DNA from: Camelus dromedarius
Lineage: Eukaryota
Length of the DNA stretch: 64,000 bases
Reading direction: 5' to 3'
Assembly (NCBI RefSeq): GCF_036321535.1
Contig: NC_087437.1
Coordinates: 28,894,001-28,958,000, forward strand
Position numbers and translations under genes: made by a program. The first letter of the stretch is position 1. Each line of letters starts with the position of its first letter. Shown one piece after another: positions 25,848 through 39,485 of this stretch. The notes under the pieces were generated by a model. That model was given only the letters and a program-made list of their open reading frames with translations, was not told the origin of the DNA and made no database searches.

Positions 25848-26249
25848 CAATAGCTGCCACTCTGCATTTGACCACAGAACTGTCATTGTCTAGTTGGGGA
25901 TCATTTGATTTTGCTGTCAAAGAACGTATCAGATTTTCCATTAATCTCATAAGAAAGTTGTCTCTTTTCCCCTACCCCTCCTCCAAATTATGCCTCCTAC
26001 GTCCATCTGCTATTCCTTGGGGAATTAACAGAATCATAGAACTAAATGTCAACCTTTATCTTATGCTTCAAACCCTGCTGTCAGCATCCTGCCAAATGAT
26101 CATCTAGTGATGGGAAACCTCTCCATCTAGACTACTTGGTCTTTCAAAATGTCATCCCTAAGTTGAATCAGGGTCTCCCTTCTTCTTTTCTCTTCTATTT
26201 GTCCTGGCCCCATAAACACAGGATGGTTGTCATCATCGTCCTCATCATC

Positions 26250-26452
26250 CTTAATGCTAATATTTGGCACTTAACGTGAAAGACATTGCATTAAGCATCT
26301 TATTTAATTCTTCCCCAAATGTTGAAAGGCAGGTATTGCTATCTCCACATTACAGATGAGAAACTCAGGCTTTTAGAGGTTCAGTAAATTTGACCAATGT
26401 CATATTTCAAAGGTGGCAAATCTGGGATTTGAGAACAGGGTTGTCTGACATG
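26250..26452 (-). mobile_element. MIR
   Basis: ttacagatgagaaactcaggc...ctgggatttgagaacagggttgtctgac. Confidence 0.75.
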
Positions 26453-27574
26453 GCTTGAGTTGATCTGACACATTCAGAGAGAAGTGTCAAATCAACACAT
26501 TTTCTGAGAAAATTTTCTGTTTTGTAAACTCTAAATCCAACTAGTAGGCTTTCAAATATATTTAATTAGAAAATTCAAAGCCCCTTTTCACCTATTACAT
26601 GGCTTTACTTCTCCATGACATTCAACAATACTGACTACTCCTTGACTTTCAACCATCACTGATGTATCAATTATTCCCAAAGTGACTTTTATAAGCAAGA
26701 AATTGCCGCTTCTCACTATAGGCATATTTTCAACACGTCTTAATTTAGTTACACATTGGTGGTCCAAATTCAAAATTCCAGAAATAATTCTTGTTCATCT
26801 TCTCTGCAATCAACATATCTAGAAATCTCTGCACCCTCTGAACTCTTCCTCCTCACTATGTTCAACCCCACATTCAGTTGGTCATGAAGATCTGGCCCAG
26901 CTTACCATGGCTAATGACAAGTGCTCAATAAATGCTTGTTAAACGAATATGGCTGATGACCAATGACCATAAGCAAAATTATTTGGTCCATTTCTCATAC
27001 TGAAAGTGTTCATTCATACTGGTTTCTAAATACAGATTCTTTATGCAACTCTCTAGATACAGATCCTCTACATGGACATATTTAATAATGTAAAAATATT
27101 TGGGGTGAAATAAAAGTATTTTTAATATAATTTCCATGAGATAATTTAAGACTTCTACCTCTTTTGCTCTTCATCATCCTTACAGTTATCCTCTTTGCTG
27201 TTTAAATGAATAGATATTTAAGTTTTGTTTACAATTTAAGTTTTATTATATGTAAAGAAGATAAAACTGTACCTTTAAGAGTAGAGACAAAGTCTTATTC
27301 ATTTTTATGTTACTTTACTTAGAGGTTATATTAATTATGTGTGAGTCGAAGAATAAAAACTAAAAATAAAAATGATCTGAAAATTAAATAAATTGAAATT
27401 ACCCTTTTTAGATAAACTCCTGAAATATATTTTACGTGTTTTTAATGAGTAAAAATTAAAAATGAAAATGATCCAAATATGAAATAATTTGAAACAGATC
27501 TGTTTTCTAATTATTTCCTCATGTGCTAGGCAAGTGAGGCAGCCTCTACTGTCTGTAGTTCTAGGCTTTAAATT

Positions 27575-28600
27575 CATTCATTGTCAGTTACTTAGTCAAT
27601 CACTCCTTAGACAGACAGTTATTGAGACTCCAGGATTTTGACTAGACACAGTGCAAATGATGAGAAAACCTAGCATGCTCCCTCCCTGTCTTTAGCTTAC
27701 AAGTGAGTAGAGCACACAGACAAACACAAAGTTTCACAGTGAAAAATGTTACAAAGGAGAGCTGTATTGCCCGTAGAGAGCATATAATAGTGAGATTTGA
27801 ACCAGTAAAGGCAGGGTTCCCAGGGGAAGTGAAGAATAAGATGTGAGCTAAAGAAAGAGTAGGAGGAAGCCCAGGAGAGCCAGATATCACAGAAGCCAGG
27901 GAAACAGTAGGTCATGAAGAGTGGAGTGGCCAACAAGGTCAAATGATGCTAAGAGGACAAGAAAGGAGAGGACTGAAAACTTTCAGTGGATTTAGTAGCA
28001 TGGCGACCTTAACAAGAGCGAGTCTGGTAGGGCTTTGAAACAGAAGCTAGATCAGATAGTCTAAGGAGTGAGTGCAGGAAAGGAACTGGAGACAGGGTGT
28101 GTGCATGATTCCTTCATAAAGCTTGACTATAAAAGGGAAGGAAGATAGAGCAAGCTGGAGAAACTTGTGGGACTGGGAGTGGTTGCTTTTTTAAAAATTA
28201 TTATTCTTGTTCATGGGAGAGGCTGAATGCGTTTAAAAACCTAGAGAAAGATGAAGATGCTGCGTCTGAATGTATCATAGACAGAAGGCATCAAGAGTGT
28301 AAGATTCATGAGAAGCTGGAGGGGAAAGAACAGGACAGAGCAGCAGAAGACAGGAATTTCCCATATCCCTTACACTCGACACAGGACCCAGCTCACAGAT
28401 TCTACGTTCTCTATAAACCATGAGATCGAGTCACCAGCTGAAAAGGGGGCTTGCTAAGGTTAGTGGTGAGGGTCAAAGGTTTAAAGATAGTGGAGAAGAT
28501 TTGAAATGATGTCTGGGATGGCTGAGGGTGAGTTGATGAAAGAAATGTGGTAGGATTACCCACAATTGAGGGCTTACTTGAGGTTGATAACAGATTTCTA
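27575..28600 (-). mobile_element. L2 (3' end plus body)
   Basis: ttcattca...ctccctgtctttagcttacaagt...gtcaaatgatgctaagagg...gtgagtgcaggaaaggaactggagacag. Confidence 0.7.
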
Positions 28601-28699
28601 ACGGGACACATCTTTAGGCAGCACAATAAAATGTTAGTTTTACTCTTTCATCACTAAAAGTATTAGTTATATTGTGCAGTACCTGGTTCAAAGCTCTCT

Positions 28700-29945
28700 T
28701 TTCAGCCTCAAGTTTTTGAGTTTCATGCTGAGGGTCTCCTTTTCTCACTACATTTTTCTTAGGAATTTCATTCAGGTTTACAATTTACATTACCACCTAC
28801 AACATAGGTGTCTGTTGACTTGATGTGGTCAGCCAACTATTTGTTTGGGCTTACGAAGTGTCTTCTAAAAATATTAAACTAGTTAGAGATTGGGAGAGCT
28901 CATATTAAAACCTAGATTTCCAGTTTCTCTTTAAAAAAAAAAAAAAAAAAGCAGCCAGCACCGGCCGGGGAATCCCACATCAATAACCTATTAGAATGGA
29001 GTAGCAGCAGTGTCCCCAGAGATGAAGCATGCTCTCTCCAGCTCATGACAATCCCCACCATTCCTTATCAGCCACTTCACTCATTTACTTTGTCCACCTA
29101 GCAGTTATAACCTGCAGACATTTGATTTTTTAATTCTTAATCTACACACCCATGAGTCTCAGATATCAGATCACATAGCTCAGATATTGCTCCTGTACTC
29201 TAGACATCAATAACCAGCTATGGACTGGAGGGTCTTTAGATGATCGAACTCAGGTCTGCAGAGGTAAATAATTTCCCAAATTTGCTGTGTCTCCTGTAAC
29301 TTATATCCTGGCTTTATTACCGCCACCTATGCTGTTTACCAAACAAAAGCTGGGAGTTTACTTTCCGAGTACTTCTCTTTCTTACTCACTTCCCTTCTTC
29401 ATCTCTATTGCTGTGACTTCAGTTCAGATACTCACCATATTTCACCTGGGCTATTAAAAGAACTCTCAACCAATAACCTCCACTTTCTCCTTTCTTCTAA
29501 TACTTCCTCTAAACAGCCACAACATTGATCTTTCCAAGCACCATATCTTTTCCGGCACATTTATTTGAATGATAGCAAACTTCTCATAATTTTTCAATGT
29601 GCTGGCATACTTCACGTGCGCATCTTGCCAGCTGCTGCTCCCTTGACCTGGAATGCCTTCTGTCTCTGTCTTCTTGGTGAATCCCTATTCATCCTCCAAG
29701 ACACAGCTCAGATATCTCTTCCTCTGGGAGCCCTCACTGCCACAAAGATAGCTTAGACAGAGTTTAATGGCATAGTCTTTACCACAGTGCTCTGGAGGTG
29801 TCTACTTGCATTCACAGTCCCCACCCCCATACCCCCACACACTAGACCATGAGCTTGAGGGTAGAGGCTGCAGATCTGTAGTTCAGTTATCCTCAGCACC
29901 TAATTCCTGGTCATAATTGGTGCTCAATAAGAACTTTAATAAGCA
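28700..29945 (+). mobile_element. L2 remnant with a nested MER102-like element
   Basis: ttcacctgggctatt...cttgacctggaatgccttc...cctcagcacctaattcctgg...gtgctcaataa. Confidence 0.65.
28822..29138. mobile_element. MER102-like hAT-Charlie element
   Basis: gatttccagtttctcttt...gcatgctctctccagctc...ccccaccattcct...cacttcactcatttac. Confidence 0.7.
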
Positions 29946-30149
29946 AATTCCTAAATTCAGAAGTACAATGACATCGTATTAAAGTTCTCCTAACTTTAAA
30001 AGAAAAATTACTGATCTATTGCAAACTTTTAAAACTCCTAAATGAATCCTAAGACTCCAATACAGAAAATGTAACATGCTCTAAAATCGTAAGTTTGTGT
30101 TTGTGAGAGTGTGTGTGTTTAATGTATGAGAAATGTGGGGCCCCTGTAT

Positions 30150-30480
30150 CATGCTTGGTACTAAAATAAATTTTAAATAAACTTAAAAGCTAAATAAACC
30201 CATAAAGGAAAGAGAAGAGCATATTTAGAAGAGTAATTGTGTAATACTGGTAAGGAATTGGCCATTCTGAGCATTACACCCAAAACAGAAGACATAAAGT
30301 GAAAAAAAGGGATAGTTTTGACAATATAAAGTATATATAAAACTTCTGTAATTAATAATAAACTTCCAAACAAATTAAACAACAAACAGGAGAAAATTCT
30401 TGAAACTTATGTGATAGGAAAAGGTTTTATTTACATTCTTATTTTATATATAAAATAGTCAATCAACAGAAAAAAAACTG
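30150..30480 (+). mobile_element. Old L1 ORF2 fragment
   Basis: A-rich text: ttctgagcattacacccaaaacagaagacataaag...gagaaaattcttgaaacttatgtgataggaaaagg. Confidence 0.6.
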
Positions 30481-32813
30481 AGGCCTCTCCTAATTAAAAC
30501 GCATCAGCTTAAGTAAAATAGACTCTTCAGAAGTATTTTTTTTATGTACTACATGTTTCTCTACTATCTTCTCATCTAGTGTTTTGCCAGGTATCTAATT
30601 TTTCAGATAGCTAAAGAATCTAGGTACTGGTATATCTTTGCTTTTGGTTTTATTTCTATGTTCTAAGTAGTTTATTGAAGACAAAGTGACTACTGCATAT
30701 CTTCTGGGAAACACACAACGTTAAAGATGCATAGTCATTTCCTCCTCAGGATACCATGTACACAGCTAAAGGGAAATGAGAAGAAAGTCAATGGCAAATG
30801 TTTTGCTTCAATTCCCGCCTGCCTATTATTCAATCCACAGAAATTTGGGGAGGATTAATGACACAATTAAAAGAAACTTTCTGAACATAGTTTCTCCCTC
30901 CCCCCAAAAAATGTTTTCGGATCCTCTGGTCTCTTTGAAGAAAAGACTGCATATAAGGGAGAAGTACATATTTAGAATATTTGATTATATAATAAAGTTG
31001 AAAATAGTAAGAGTGAAATCAATAAATGGGGTGATTAAACACATAGTACAGGAGAAGGATGGAATCCTAAGAGGGAGAAATTCAAAGTAGCTGGATCTCC
31101 CACCGTTGCATAATTCTCCAGGTTAACTTCAGGGCATTGCTCTTAGCTCAGGTTTGGATTAAATTTGTTTTCCTTCACACAGCCTGCATTTCTCCTAACA
31201 GAGGCTTTAATCCATAGAGACAGTTTGGAGCCTCAAGCATCACGATACTAGGTCTGGCTGTTGCTTTTCTCTACATGGTCCTTGAAGGAACAGATTCCAG
31301 ATGAGAGTTATGCAAGTAAGAGAGGAACAAAAACCCCGAACTACCTAAAATAAAGTAAAAGCCTAAATTATGGGTTTTTAAATTAAATTTATTGTTCAGA
31401 GTAATCTGTTTGAATCATTCTCAATGTTTTAGAATTTAATAAAGAGCATCATGTCTAATTTACTATGGATATTAAGGACCCCCCCACACACACACACGCG
31501 CCAATTACAATGTGACGTATACAATACTAGCTTCAGAATAACAGGCAAAACTTTACAGAAAAAAAATATGGATTTCTTTTCTTTACAGAAAATAATTATA
31601 CTTTACTGAAAAGTATATGGGAGAGGGTGTCAAGTATGTATCTGCTGTAGTTTCACACAGTGTCCAGTAGCCTGGAAATATGAGATTATCTTTGGGGAAT
31701 ACTCCAACCCACTAGCTTTCATAAATAGTCATGTTTTTATTCTTGAAGTTCAATTTCTACATGTTGAGCATCAAATAATACTGAAGTTTATCTCATTTTT
31801 CAAATTACTCAGTAAAAAAGAATAACATACTGTCCAGTGGTTAATTTAGACATAACATTTCACACATCTTCAACCATCTAGAACCCAGCAACAAACTTGG
31901 AGTTAAATAAAAAGTACCTTTGTGTGGTGAATGCCAATGCAAAACAAACAGTTATCATAAAGCCTAAGTACTTTATTCTAAAGAAGAGATAAAGCTTTTA
32001 AAGTGGAATTCCCGTTGTAGGAAGTCAATAAATTAGAAACAAGAACATAGGGGAAGAGAAGCAAATGCCAAAGGAAAACAATAAAAAAAATTCTACAGTC
32101 TGATAGAACCACAGAAGCAGAATGTGTAGGGTCCATTTGGTCTGGGTAAAATTTTTTAGTCTGTTAGTTACATCCCAGTAGGGTCTCAGGTCATTACCAA
32201 AGACAATACATTATGGTGGTCTTGAATCAGCCTCTCAGGGGGAGAAGGAGTATTTAAATTCATCATCCTCTACTAGCAAAGCAGTGTGGTATGCCATATG
32301 TTTCAGAAAATAGCTCTGATGCTTCAGTTATCTGGAAATTTTACCTATTTGAACCAATTTCCAGAGGTACTAGATAAATGGAGGATCATAGCATATAGAT
32401 TTGTTGAAGAGAGAGATGTGGTAAAACCCTTCAAGTTATTCATTTAGAATAAACGGCTCATAAGCAGGTATCCAACCTCATATCTTCTCTTAGTTTTATG
32501 ATTGCTACTGTTGGAATTTTAGGCTTGGATGATTCAGTTCTTAAACACAACCTTAATGGGATCTCCCTCAATACATTTTTCAGGTTTAAAGAATAGCCCT
32601 TGAGACTGACTTTGCCTAGAGCTGGAAGACATATCAGAGTATGCCATTTTTTCATCAGATACAGCAGTAACCTGACTTTGAAAAAGTCTTACCTGGTAAA
32701 CATTAAGAATCTCCTCCAGGCTCAGAGTAGATACATTTGACTCATATGTCTTTCCAAATTGTTATAATAGCCTGTATACAGTTTAGTTACACTTTGATCA
32801 AGATACTGATTCT

Positions 32814-32909
32814 AGGGAAAGGAGGGTATAGCTCAGTATTAGAGCACATGCTTAGCATGCATGAGGTTGTAGGTTCAATCCCCAGAACCTCCGTTAAAAA
32901 AAACCCAAA
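32814..32909 (+). mobile_element. Short tRNA-Ala-derived SINE (Vic-1-like head plus A tail only)
   Basis: ggagggtatagctcagtattagagcacatgcttagcatgcatgaggttgtaggttcaatccccagaacctcc plus A-rich tail. TSD aagatactgaYtct at 32800-32813 and 32910-32923. Confidence 0.9.
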
Positions 32910-33994
32910 AAGATACTGACTCTCACAGAGGCATGCATTTTGCATCCTAGTGAGAGATTTCTGGGCTTTATTTCTCTATTGTTTAATGACACGGGGAATT
33001 AGCTGAAAGTCAAGGAACTGACGGATTAAAGACGAGCTGGATTCAGACTCCCATCACTAAGAATTTTAGTTGTTTTGTTGTTTGGTTGCCCTTTCCTACT
33101 GTCTGTCTGTCTGTCTGTTTCCAGAGAATAAACTGCTCCTATGAGGAAGAATTAACCAATGTGACAACCCTAAAGCCAATATATGACATTCCATCTCTCA
33201 CTCCTGTCCTCCTTAGTTCTCCTGACCTTTGAGATTGTACCACCCACATCATTAATCCATTTTGCCAGAACTTGAACAACTGATTCTTATATTTGAATAA
33301 AACATATATTATCAGGTTTATGGTCTGATATATGTGCTATGGTCGTGGAATATTTTTCAATTATTTTGTTGATATCTGAACTAGAGAATTATACTAGAAG
33401 TCATTAGCTTCTAATTTCTACTCAAATTAATTACTTGAGTAATTAACTTCTCATATTATTTTAAGCAAAATTTCCATTACTCATTATAATCACATTTTTA
33501 GTGCTTGCAGCCATGATTTTTTTTTTTGCAGGCATGCCACACAGCACATTTTAAATTCTTCACCAGAAATGAATTTTTATACCCTTCCTTCAGTGTCTCT
33601 TTTACTGTGACACATCCCAGTAATTTTTATTTCTATCTTATTTTTCCAGCTTTAGCTTTTCATACTGTTATTAACCTCTTAAGAAATAAAATTTACTCTA
33701 AATAGCATGTCATATTTTTTCAACTTATGTTTACTTAACCAAGTAACTTGATCGAGTTATCTGACTGAAAGGTCTGTTTCCCTATTAAGTAACAGTCCTC
33801 AGGTTCTTTCTAATCATATGGTTTGCTTTTCTAGCTAGCTCCAATCTGCTTTATGTTTTCTGAGTAGCTTCAATTATGTGGCTTGAATTTTGAGACATTA
33901 TTCTTGTTGAACAACACTTACTTTTTGACTCCAGTGCCCACTTTCAAATGTTGTAGACTAGTCCTCTGCAAAGTTTTGCCCAAGTGTTCTATTC

Positions 33995-34330
33995 ATTCAC
34001 TTTTTTTTTTCATTTGCATTAATACTTATCAAATATCTGAAAGCCTGTGGTACTCCAGGAACTGTGCTGGGCACTGGGCACTGGGCACAGATTGTTAAGA
34101 ATAACAGACACGATCCCTTTCATGATGGACCTTACATGATGAAGCGTCCCCACTAAAGCAGACAGACCAAAAGCAAATCCACAGACATATAAAATAATTG
34201 ATGAGGTGGTAAATTCTATAAAAAAAAAAAAAAACAAGTAGCTAAGCAAGATACGGTAGAAGGGGACTCAGGAACCCTACTTTGACAGGGTCGGCAGAGA
34301 CGCCTGTCTCACAGGGAAGAAGACGGCCAT
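33995..34330 (-). mobile_element. L2 3' end
   Basis: actgtgctgggcactgggc...atccctttcatgatggaccttaca. Confidence 0.7.
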
Positions 34331-35964
34331 GTAAGAGCATCACAGATGAGGGAAGCAAGACAGCAGCTGGCATATTTAAGGCGCTAAATTAAGCCTTGAG
34401 AGTGAGGTAGGGAATAAAGCAAGATGAGGAGCTGGGGGAATCTGGGGGCACGTGGGGTACACCCGCAAACAAGTTAGGGTTCTGACCACTGCTCTGTCTA
34501 CTACAGCTCCAGGTCTCAGGACTAAAACAAAGTCTTCTGAAGAACTCCCGAAGCAATGAAGCTGCAGACGCCTGGAAGACAAAGGGAAAGCTGGCCAGAC
34601 ACTGGGAAAAGATCTTTTATTCTCCTATATCTTCTTCAACAACAAGAACCAAAAAAATACATATCTCAATTAATTAACCTGCCTCATGGGATTCCTCTGT
34701 TAAGGTATCTTTGTGAGAAATACTAGAATTAAATGTTTTCAAAATTGGAAATAACTTTGAAGCTCATCTTTCACAATGTCTTTATTTTCCACCATGGGAC
34801 AGCTTTTTAAAAATAATTTAACATTTTGACCTAGACTTTATTCCCTTTATAAGATATGGTCATGTTTGAATGTGGTATTTTTGAACACTGTGTCTTTCTA
34901 GGACACATGCCAGTTCATCACCTAATTTTAATAAATTTAACTTAATGTAACTTCTAAAAAAGATTCAAGCCACACATCAGTCTCCCTGTTGGCTCTGTCT
35001 TCCCGGGCAAGTGGGAACCAAGAATGCTGGACCCATGCTGGCGTCAAGCCTGGGGAGCAAGGTGGGAAATGGGAATTGGGCAGAATTCCTGCAGAGTGAG
35101 ATCATGTTCAGTAGGAGACTTGAGAGCAGAAACCAGGAAACCAAGGCAAAGGCACAGGGCGGAGGAGGCTGCTACCACATTCCTAGTGTAAACCCCTGGG
35201 GAAGCTCGTCCTTGGCTGGGGAAGGAAGTGCTATAGATACTGACCCAAATCTGGGATGAAAAAGAACATGAGATGAATGGGTCACTTGTCTCTCATACCT
35301 CTATTCTATGTGTATGTGTTTCTCTCTTATCTTTTTATTAACGGATTACAAGGTTTGGATTCTATCTTTTCTTCATTTTTATTATAATTTATCTCTAATT
35401 ACATACAATTATCTATAGAACAGAGATAAACTGATTTGTCAAAGCTGATCCAGCCAATTAATGGCTAAATTGAGATTTCCACTTAGTCTTGTGTTCTTTC
35501 CAAAAATACTAGTTAACAATCTTAACATTGAATTATGGTTGAATAAGAAAGAAGGATCAGAAAACAGGTGTTGACAGGCCACAGACAGGCACAAAACATA
35601 GGTTACTGGGATGCTGGGTGTGGCAAGCCAGGAGAGGAGGCTGACCACAGAACTAGGAGGTGCTCAGCACCAAAGAAGATGCAGGACTGTCGACAATTAT
35701 TCCTGAGGCTGGTCTGACTATTGCACATTATTATTATTATTGCCAGTAAGGCATTTTACTATTTAGCCATTTCTGCTTGCTCTTTCCTCATGTGCCATTA
35801 TTCTAAGGACTGTCTTGGTCTTTTGTATATGTATATTCACATATATTTGCATATATTGTGTATATGTGTGTGTATATGTTCGCATATGTTTATAAAATCT
35901 GACTCTGTTCTACTTGTTCTACTTCCTTTTTACAAAGATTCTATTATGGGGATTCCAGAAGATA

Positions 35965-36490
35965 GTAGTAGTGGTAGGCACAGTTTTAAGTCACCCCAAG
36001 TTCCCATATAAAAACAGAGAAAACTGATAGCAAAACAATAACTAGGAGACAAGGTATCCTCATGAAGTCAAAAATATGAGTAGGGACAACCCACCAACAG
36101 CCCTAAGACCCACATACTATGCAGAAGGAAGCAATGAGAAGCAACCTCGTGTATAAGAACAGAATAACTATAGAACAGCCAACAGGAATTCATCAGGAAG
36201 TGCAGTGGGTCAGTTCGGGAACTGCTGCTAAAGCTTTGATGGGTTTTCCCCACTTAGGTGGCAAGCTGATGTAAGAGCTTTTTGTGGGGCAGTAAGGGCC
36301 TGGAGCAGCCTAGTTTCTGTGACCTCTGAAAACTGACCCGCTACGGTTCTCTCCCCAGATGGATTGCTAAAGAAGGAACACCGCTGATAACAGAATCAAA
36401 ATGAAATAGGATAAAGGACCAGAGAGGCAAGGGAAAGAATTTCCTGACAAAAGTGGGAGAGGAGGAAACAGCCAAAGAAAAATAAACATT
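35965..36490 (+). mobile_element. Possible ancient LINE (L1M/HAL1) 5' remnant
   Basis: A-rich LINE 5'-like text; family not recognised with certainty. Confidence 0.3.
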
Positions 36491-38076
36491 TTACACAGGT
36501 GAGTAACTAAATCACCTCCTTCAGAGAGGAATTGCTTTTGCTTTTTGCTTTATCCCTGAAGTCACCAACAACCCAGGCTATGTTAGAAACTTAATGTTCA
36601 GACTGTGGGTTCTGTGGGCCACACAGGTAGTTTTAATTCTGTCCCCTAACATAAGTCCATGCCTCCACCCAGTGCCAACTCTATGACTATTTCCTTTCGA
36701 GTGGTAGGTTGACTTATCCTAAGGTACTCTCTAATGAAGTTATTTCAAGTTTTCTCTTTTTTCAAGTATCTCTGATCTGTCCACCATATTTTAGGGGCTA
36801 AACATGCATGGCCAGTTAAAAGCCAGGCTCTGAGTCCTTAGGAACTGACAGATACCCTCAGGTTAAAACAAACTCTGGATTTGGCAATCGTTTTTTATTT
36901 TTGGTCTGGCTTCTGATTGTTTTATTAGAGTTCAGACTTATTTATTTAAAGTTTACTATATTTTATCTAGCATTTTAGGTGTTCTACACCAGAAGGAATT
37001 TTTCTGGATATTTAGTCTGGCAAATTGCTTAAAAAAGAAATGGAATTTATCTATTTGCCACTATGCATTCAGTCTCATGGCTTTAAACTCGTGTCTCCAA
37101 AACTGACCTCTGATTCAGGATCTCTCTGAATTCCAGATTCATCTAACTCTTCCCAAACTCACTCCACATACAGTCTTAACATTTCAAGAAATAACCTCTT
37201 CAAACTTGCATTACTCAGGTCAAAAACCTTGTAACAACTCCTGTCTCCTTTGTCTTCCATCCTTCATTGTCATGTATCAAAATCCCTCTTGGCTCTACCT
37301 TCAAGCATATCCCAGCCTCTGCTGCTAGGACTTAACGAGGTGTCACATTTCCTTAGTAGATTTTTCATAGTGCCATTGAACATTACACAGTAAATCGCTG
37401 ACCTCATCTCTCTGCTGGTATACTGTGAGCCACTTTAAGCCTGTCAGCTTTCAGACTACAATCCAATACACATGGCTGCTGCTTGCCTATGGGCTGTGGT
37501 TCTTCATCATCCAACTGTATTCGAACTTACTTAGACACAAGGAGACAACTTCACTTGCAGGGTGTGAAAGGAAGCAAGATGTTGGAGCAGTACAGATGAG
37601 AAAATATGATTTTGATTCCCTGTGGGTACCTGTTTATGGCCACTAGAGGGGTCTCTATTAGTCAGCATGGCCTTCCTCTCCTAACGTTACTAAACCCCTA
37701 AGATACTGAATCCAGACCTTCTTATGGCTTATTTTCTTCTTTCGAACCACGTGGTTGTATTTGCGTGCTTTATGGGTTGCTGGATGCAAAATTAGTAAAC
37801 CCAATATCCTGTTGCTTAACCAGTAAGACACTTACTAATTCACTAAAAAGAACTTTGTTTCAACATATGACTTTATACATATATATATGCACACACATAG
37901 ATACACACACTTGCACACATACCTATATAAACATACACATCAATAAAGATGAGATACCAGTCTTTCATGTCACTGACAGCTGTCAGGGCATGATTTTGCT
38001 TGCTGTCATCCTTCTAAAGGAGTCACAGTCAAGAAAGTAAAAGTCCAAGCTGGTGTTTCAATGATAAGGTGATATG

Positions 38077-38620
38077 CTATATTAGACAGGATTCTTTCCA
38101 TAACAAGTAATTTAAAACATAGCCAAACTGGCCTAAACATAGAAGGAATCTATTGAGTCCTGTAATGAGAAGTCCCAGAGTAAGGCTGGCTTTAGGTGGA
38201 CCTTAAGTAATAGACTCTGATGAAGTTACCAAGGTCTGACTCTCTAAATCTCTGAACTTGGCTCTTTTTAAAATACATTGTCTTCACTTTGAAGTAACCT
38301 TTCCCCTCTTGGTCTCTAGATGGCTATTGTAGCCTCAGGATCCATACTTCTTCAGCTTCAGGTACAGAAAATAGAACTTTCCTCTGCTAACAGAGAAGCA
38401 AAAGTATTGGCCCTGCTTATAACCCAAGTAAAGTCACAAGAAAACCCCCAAATCAATTCCTCTAGTCAAAGGGATGTGAAATGCCAACTGGCTTAACCAA
38501 CTCAAAATTCATCCCTGAAGCTGAGGGTAAGGAAAGCTCCATCCAAACCACATGGCCTGAAATGTAAGACAGGAACTTTCTCCAAAGAAAGGCAGGGGAG
38601 ATGAATAAGTACTTTATAGG
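38077..38620 (-). mobile_element. ERVL-MaLR solo LTR (MLT1J/K-like)
   Basis: tattagacaggattctttc...caaactggcctaaac...gaagtcccagagtaaggctggctttagg...gggatgtgaaatgccaactggctta. Confidence 0.65.
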
Positions 38621-39441
38621 GCCTGGACCCAGTAACCACTATTGTTTCTCTTCTTGTTCCAGGTTTATAATTTCTGTAGAGTTCGCAAGTTCTCCCTCAA
38701 TGTGGCAATGGACCACTTACCCACCGGTCAATCCAACACATCATCTATCACAAGCAAGGGTGGGGCCGTAAAGTGAGCAGAGAAACCTGGGGTTGGCAGC
38801 TGAGCTAGCAACACTGATTGTTGCCACAGGTGAATTAAGGAATAATGATTACCAATAAACTGAAGTTTAAATAAAAATACTTTTAAGTCCCTTGTAGTTA
38901 GTTGAGCATCTCTTCATTTTTCCCCTCTGGATGAAAAACAAAGGCTATGTCCATGGTTACAAAGACTCACTTTTTCAGAGCAAGGGAGTGGTGTCCAAAT
39001 CAGCCATATCAAGCTTTTCCCTTTGTGTATGTATATACACTAAATATGAGAAACACACCTTATTAATTACTATATTCTTAAAATAAATTTTCCAATGTGA
39101 TTATTTAATGCTTTCCTATAATTTTTTGGTATTGAAATTTCTTTCACACCCAATAAGTTTTATATATTTTTATGCATACTTTATGCATTTATTTTATATA
39201 TATATATATATACACCTAAGTTAAGAATTCTGAAACACCAAGATAACACATTCAGACACTTCATTTTACCTGCTGCAATCAGTTAGCGGCTGAGTTTTTG
39301 TGTCTAAACCTGTCTGGGGAGAATCTATAATCTAGAAAAGGTATGTTTGTCTAAAAGCCAAAGGCACTCCCTTTATGTTGTGCCATCAGAAATATTTCTG
39401 AGAGGACTATTTTTCCCTACCCTCGTGTATGCATATTTGCC

Positions 39442-39485
39442 TGTGTGTGTGTGTGTGTGTGTGTGCGCGCGCACGTGTGTGTGTA
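39442..39485. repeat. Alternating purine-pyrimidine tract (TG)n(CG)n
   Basis: 44 bp of uninterrupted alternation including gcgcgcgc. Confidence 0.9.

Noticed and set aside
27351..27473. 27-bp A-rich direct repeat, 96 bp apart
   Set aside because: Low-complexity AT-rich context; little information
32692..32771. Minus-strand exon-like segment ending CAG|gtaaga
   Set aside because: Poor pyrimidine tract and stops in all three frames
36249..36264. CTCF-like ccacttaggtggca
   Set aside because: One extra base breaks the fixed spacing of the core motif
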